Part shown: positions 31,329-32,376 of the stretch, piece after piece
How positions within the stretch are numbered: position 1 is the stretch's first letter
How the letters are laid out: the number at the start of each line of letters is the position of its first letter
NCBI GenBank assembly: GCA_049689695.1
Contig: JBAVMD010000497.1
Span: 1 to 32,376, forward strand
Source: Chitinophagaceae bacterium
Lineage (GTDB): Bacteria; Bacteroidota; Bacteroidia; Chitinophagales; Chitinophagaceae
Reading direction: 5' to 3'
DNA length: 32,376 nucleotides
Notes under the pieces: generated by a model
The model's database searches: none
What the model saw: the letters and a program-made list of their open reading frames with translations, nothing else
Told to the model about the DNA's origin: nothing
Program-made: the position numbers and the translations under genes

Positions 31329-32366
31329 TTATGAAATAGTCCAGGTCTCATTGCCGCGAAGCAGCTTATCAAGGTTGCCCGGGCCTTTGGTGGCTATCAC
31401 TTCTTCCAGTTGCATGCTCATGATGTCTTCATAACAAGGCCTGTCTACCTGGTAGAATACCCCAAAAGGCCTTGGAAGATGACCATCCTTATAAGGATCA
31501 TTGAAGATGCGCACCAGTATCTGGGCTTTGTAAATATCATGCTCGTCGTGCACCCAGAGATCATTTACACTATGCCCTTCATCAAGATTTACAACTACAG
31601 GAGTAAACCCATCTAATTTGATCCCTTTATTTTGGGTTGCGCCAAATACAAGCGGCTTGCCCTGCTCCAGGAACAAAGCTTCATTGGCCTTGGTGCTTTT
31701 CTCCGTAAATATTTCAAATGCAGCATCGTTGAAGATGTTGCAATTCTGGTAGATCTCGAGGAAAGAAGCGCCCTTGTGCTGTTGCGCCCTTAGCAGCATA
31801 GCCTGCAGGTGCTTTGGGTCCCTGTCCATACTGCGTGCAACAAAAGTTGCATCAGCTCCCATGGCAAGCGCCAGGGGATTAAAGGGGTGGTCGATGCTGC
31901 CGTAAGGCGTTGACTTGGTAACCTTGTTTATTTCCGAGGTGGGTGAATATTGTCCCTTGGTCAATCCATATATCTGGTTATTGAACAGCAGCATGTTCAC
32001 ATCAAAATTGCGGCGCAGCAAATGGATGGTATGGTTACCACCAATGCTCAGGCTATCGCCATCGCCGGTAACGATCCACACACTCAGCTCGGGCCTGGTA
32101 GCCTTCAACCCGCTGGCAACCGCTGTGGCACGGCCATGGATCGAATGCATCCCGTATGTATTCATGTAATACGGAAAGCGGCTGCTGCAGCCGATACCGG
32201 AAATAATAACGATGTTCTCCCTGGGTATTCCAAGTCCGGGCATCACTTTCTGGACCTGTGCAAGAATGGAATAATCACCGCAGCCGGGACACCAGCGAAC
32301 TTCCTGGTCTGTGGCAAAATCCTTGGCGGTAAGCGTTTGAGGTATGGGAGTGGTAGTAGTGCTCAT
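31329..32366 (-). CDS. korB: 2-oxoacid:ferredoxin oxidoreductase beta subunit (2-oxoglutarate type)
   Basis: 345 aa. WCPGCGDYSIL Cys motif and the ThDP-binding GDGDSLSIGGNH. The partner alpha subunit would lie beyond the right edge of the window. Confidence 0.85.
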   Translation of the reverse strand: MSTTTTPIPQTLTAKDFATDQEVRWCPGCGDYSILAQVQKVMPGLGIPRENIVIISGIGCSSRFPYYMNTYGMHSIHGRATAVASGLKATRPELSVWIVTGDGDSLSIGGNHTIHLLRRNFDVNMLLFNNQIYGLTKGQYSPTSEINKVTKSTPYGSIDHPFNPLALAMGADATFVARSMDRDPKHLQAMLLRAQQHKGASFLEIYQNCNIFNDAAFEIFTEKSTKANEALFLEQGKPLVFGATQNKGIKLDGFTPVVVNLDEGHSVNDLWVHDEHDIYKAQILVRIFNDPYKDGHLPRPFGVFYQVDRPCYEDIMSMQLEEVIATKGPGNLDKLLRGNETWTIS

Positions 32367-32376
32367 GAGTTAAGAC

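Noticed and set aside
1-32376. Mobile genetic element, prophage, defence island or biosynthetic gene cluster
   Set aside because: I found no integrase, transposase, phage structural gene, restriction/toxin-antitoxin gene, cas gene or core biosynthetic (PKS/NRPS/terpene) gene in any frame. The only mobile-like signals are the small palindromic repeats.

Overview
The window is a 32.4-kb chromosomal segment that looks like Bacteroidota, possibly Chitinophagia or Sphingobacteriia. The taxon call is only an inference from three things: a T9SS-type C-terminal sorting domain, TAnnTTTG -7 promoter boxes, and the coaX / porin-like OMP / LptC-like / CorC(GldE)-like gene set. I call 28 protein genes, most of them housekeeping: gmk, coaX, meaB, typA, fabH, ctaA, rnhB, tsaC and korB, plus an SDR, an aldo-keto reductase, a Lon-N domain protein and two glycosyltransferases. 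I recognised no rRNA, tRNA, CRISPR array, transposase, integrase or phage gene. The accessory-looking content is as follows. (1) A tight four-gene operon at 10890-13977 encodes two paralogous orphan lipoproteins, a LytS-family histidine kinase with no periplasmic domain, and a LytTR regulator. It is bracketed by palindromes of one word family. (2) A 73-aa CxxC tail-anchored protein sits beside a 1363-aa M4 metalloprotease that is T9SS cargo. (3) Four lipid-enzyme genes run from 20958 to 26270: an alpha/beta hydrolase, FabH, a DAGK-family lipid kinase and a polytopic patatin. (4) A VOC-GNAT fusion lies directly downstream of tsaC. (5) A JmjC/cupin hydroxylase is divergent from tsaC. The most unusual non-coding signal is a family of very long palindromes with 19-39-nt arms that are nearly perfect and built from short tandem words. 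Most of them start at or within 11 nt of a stop codon. Some recur as dispersed copies. They coexist with ordinary short GC-stem/U-tract terminators. Two oversized gene-free spacers (3070-3537 and 30830-31328) share TCCAAT-type word repeats, and one of them carries a plus-strand terminator with no gene to serve. All calls come from reading the sequence and the ORF track; no database search was run.
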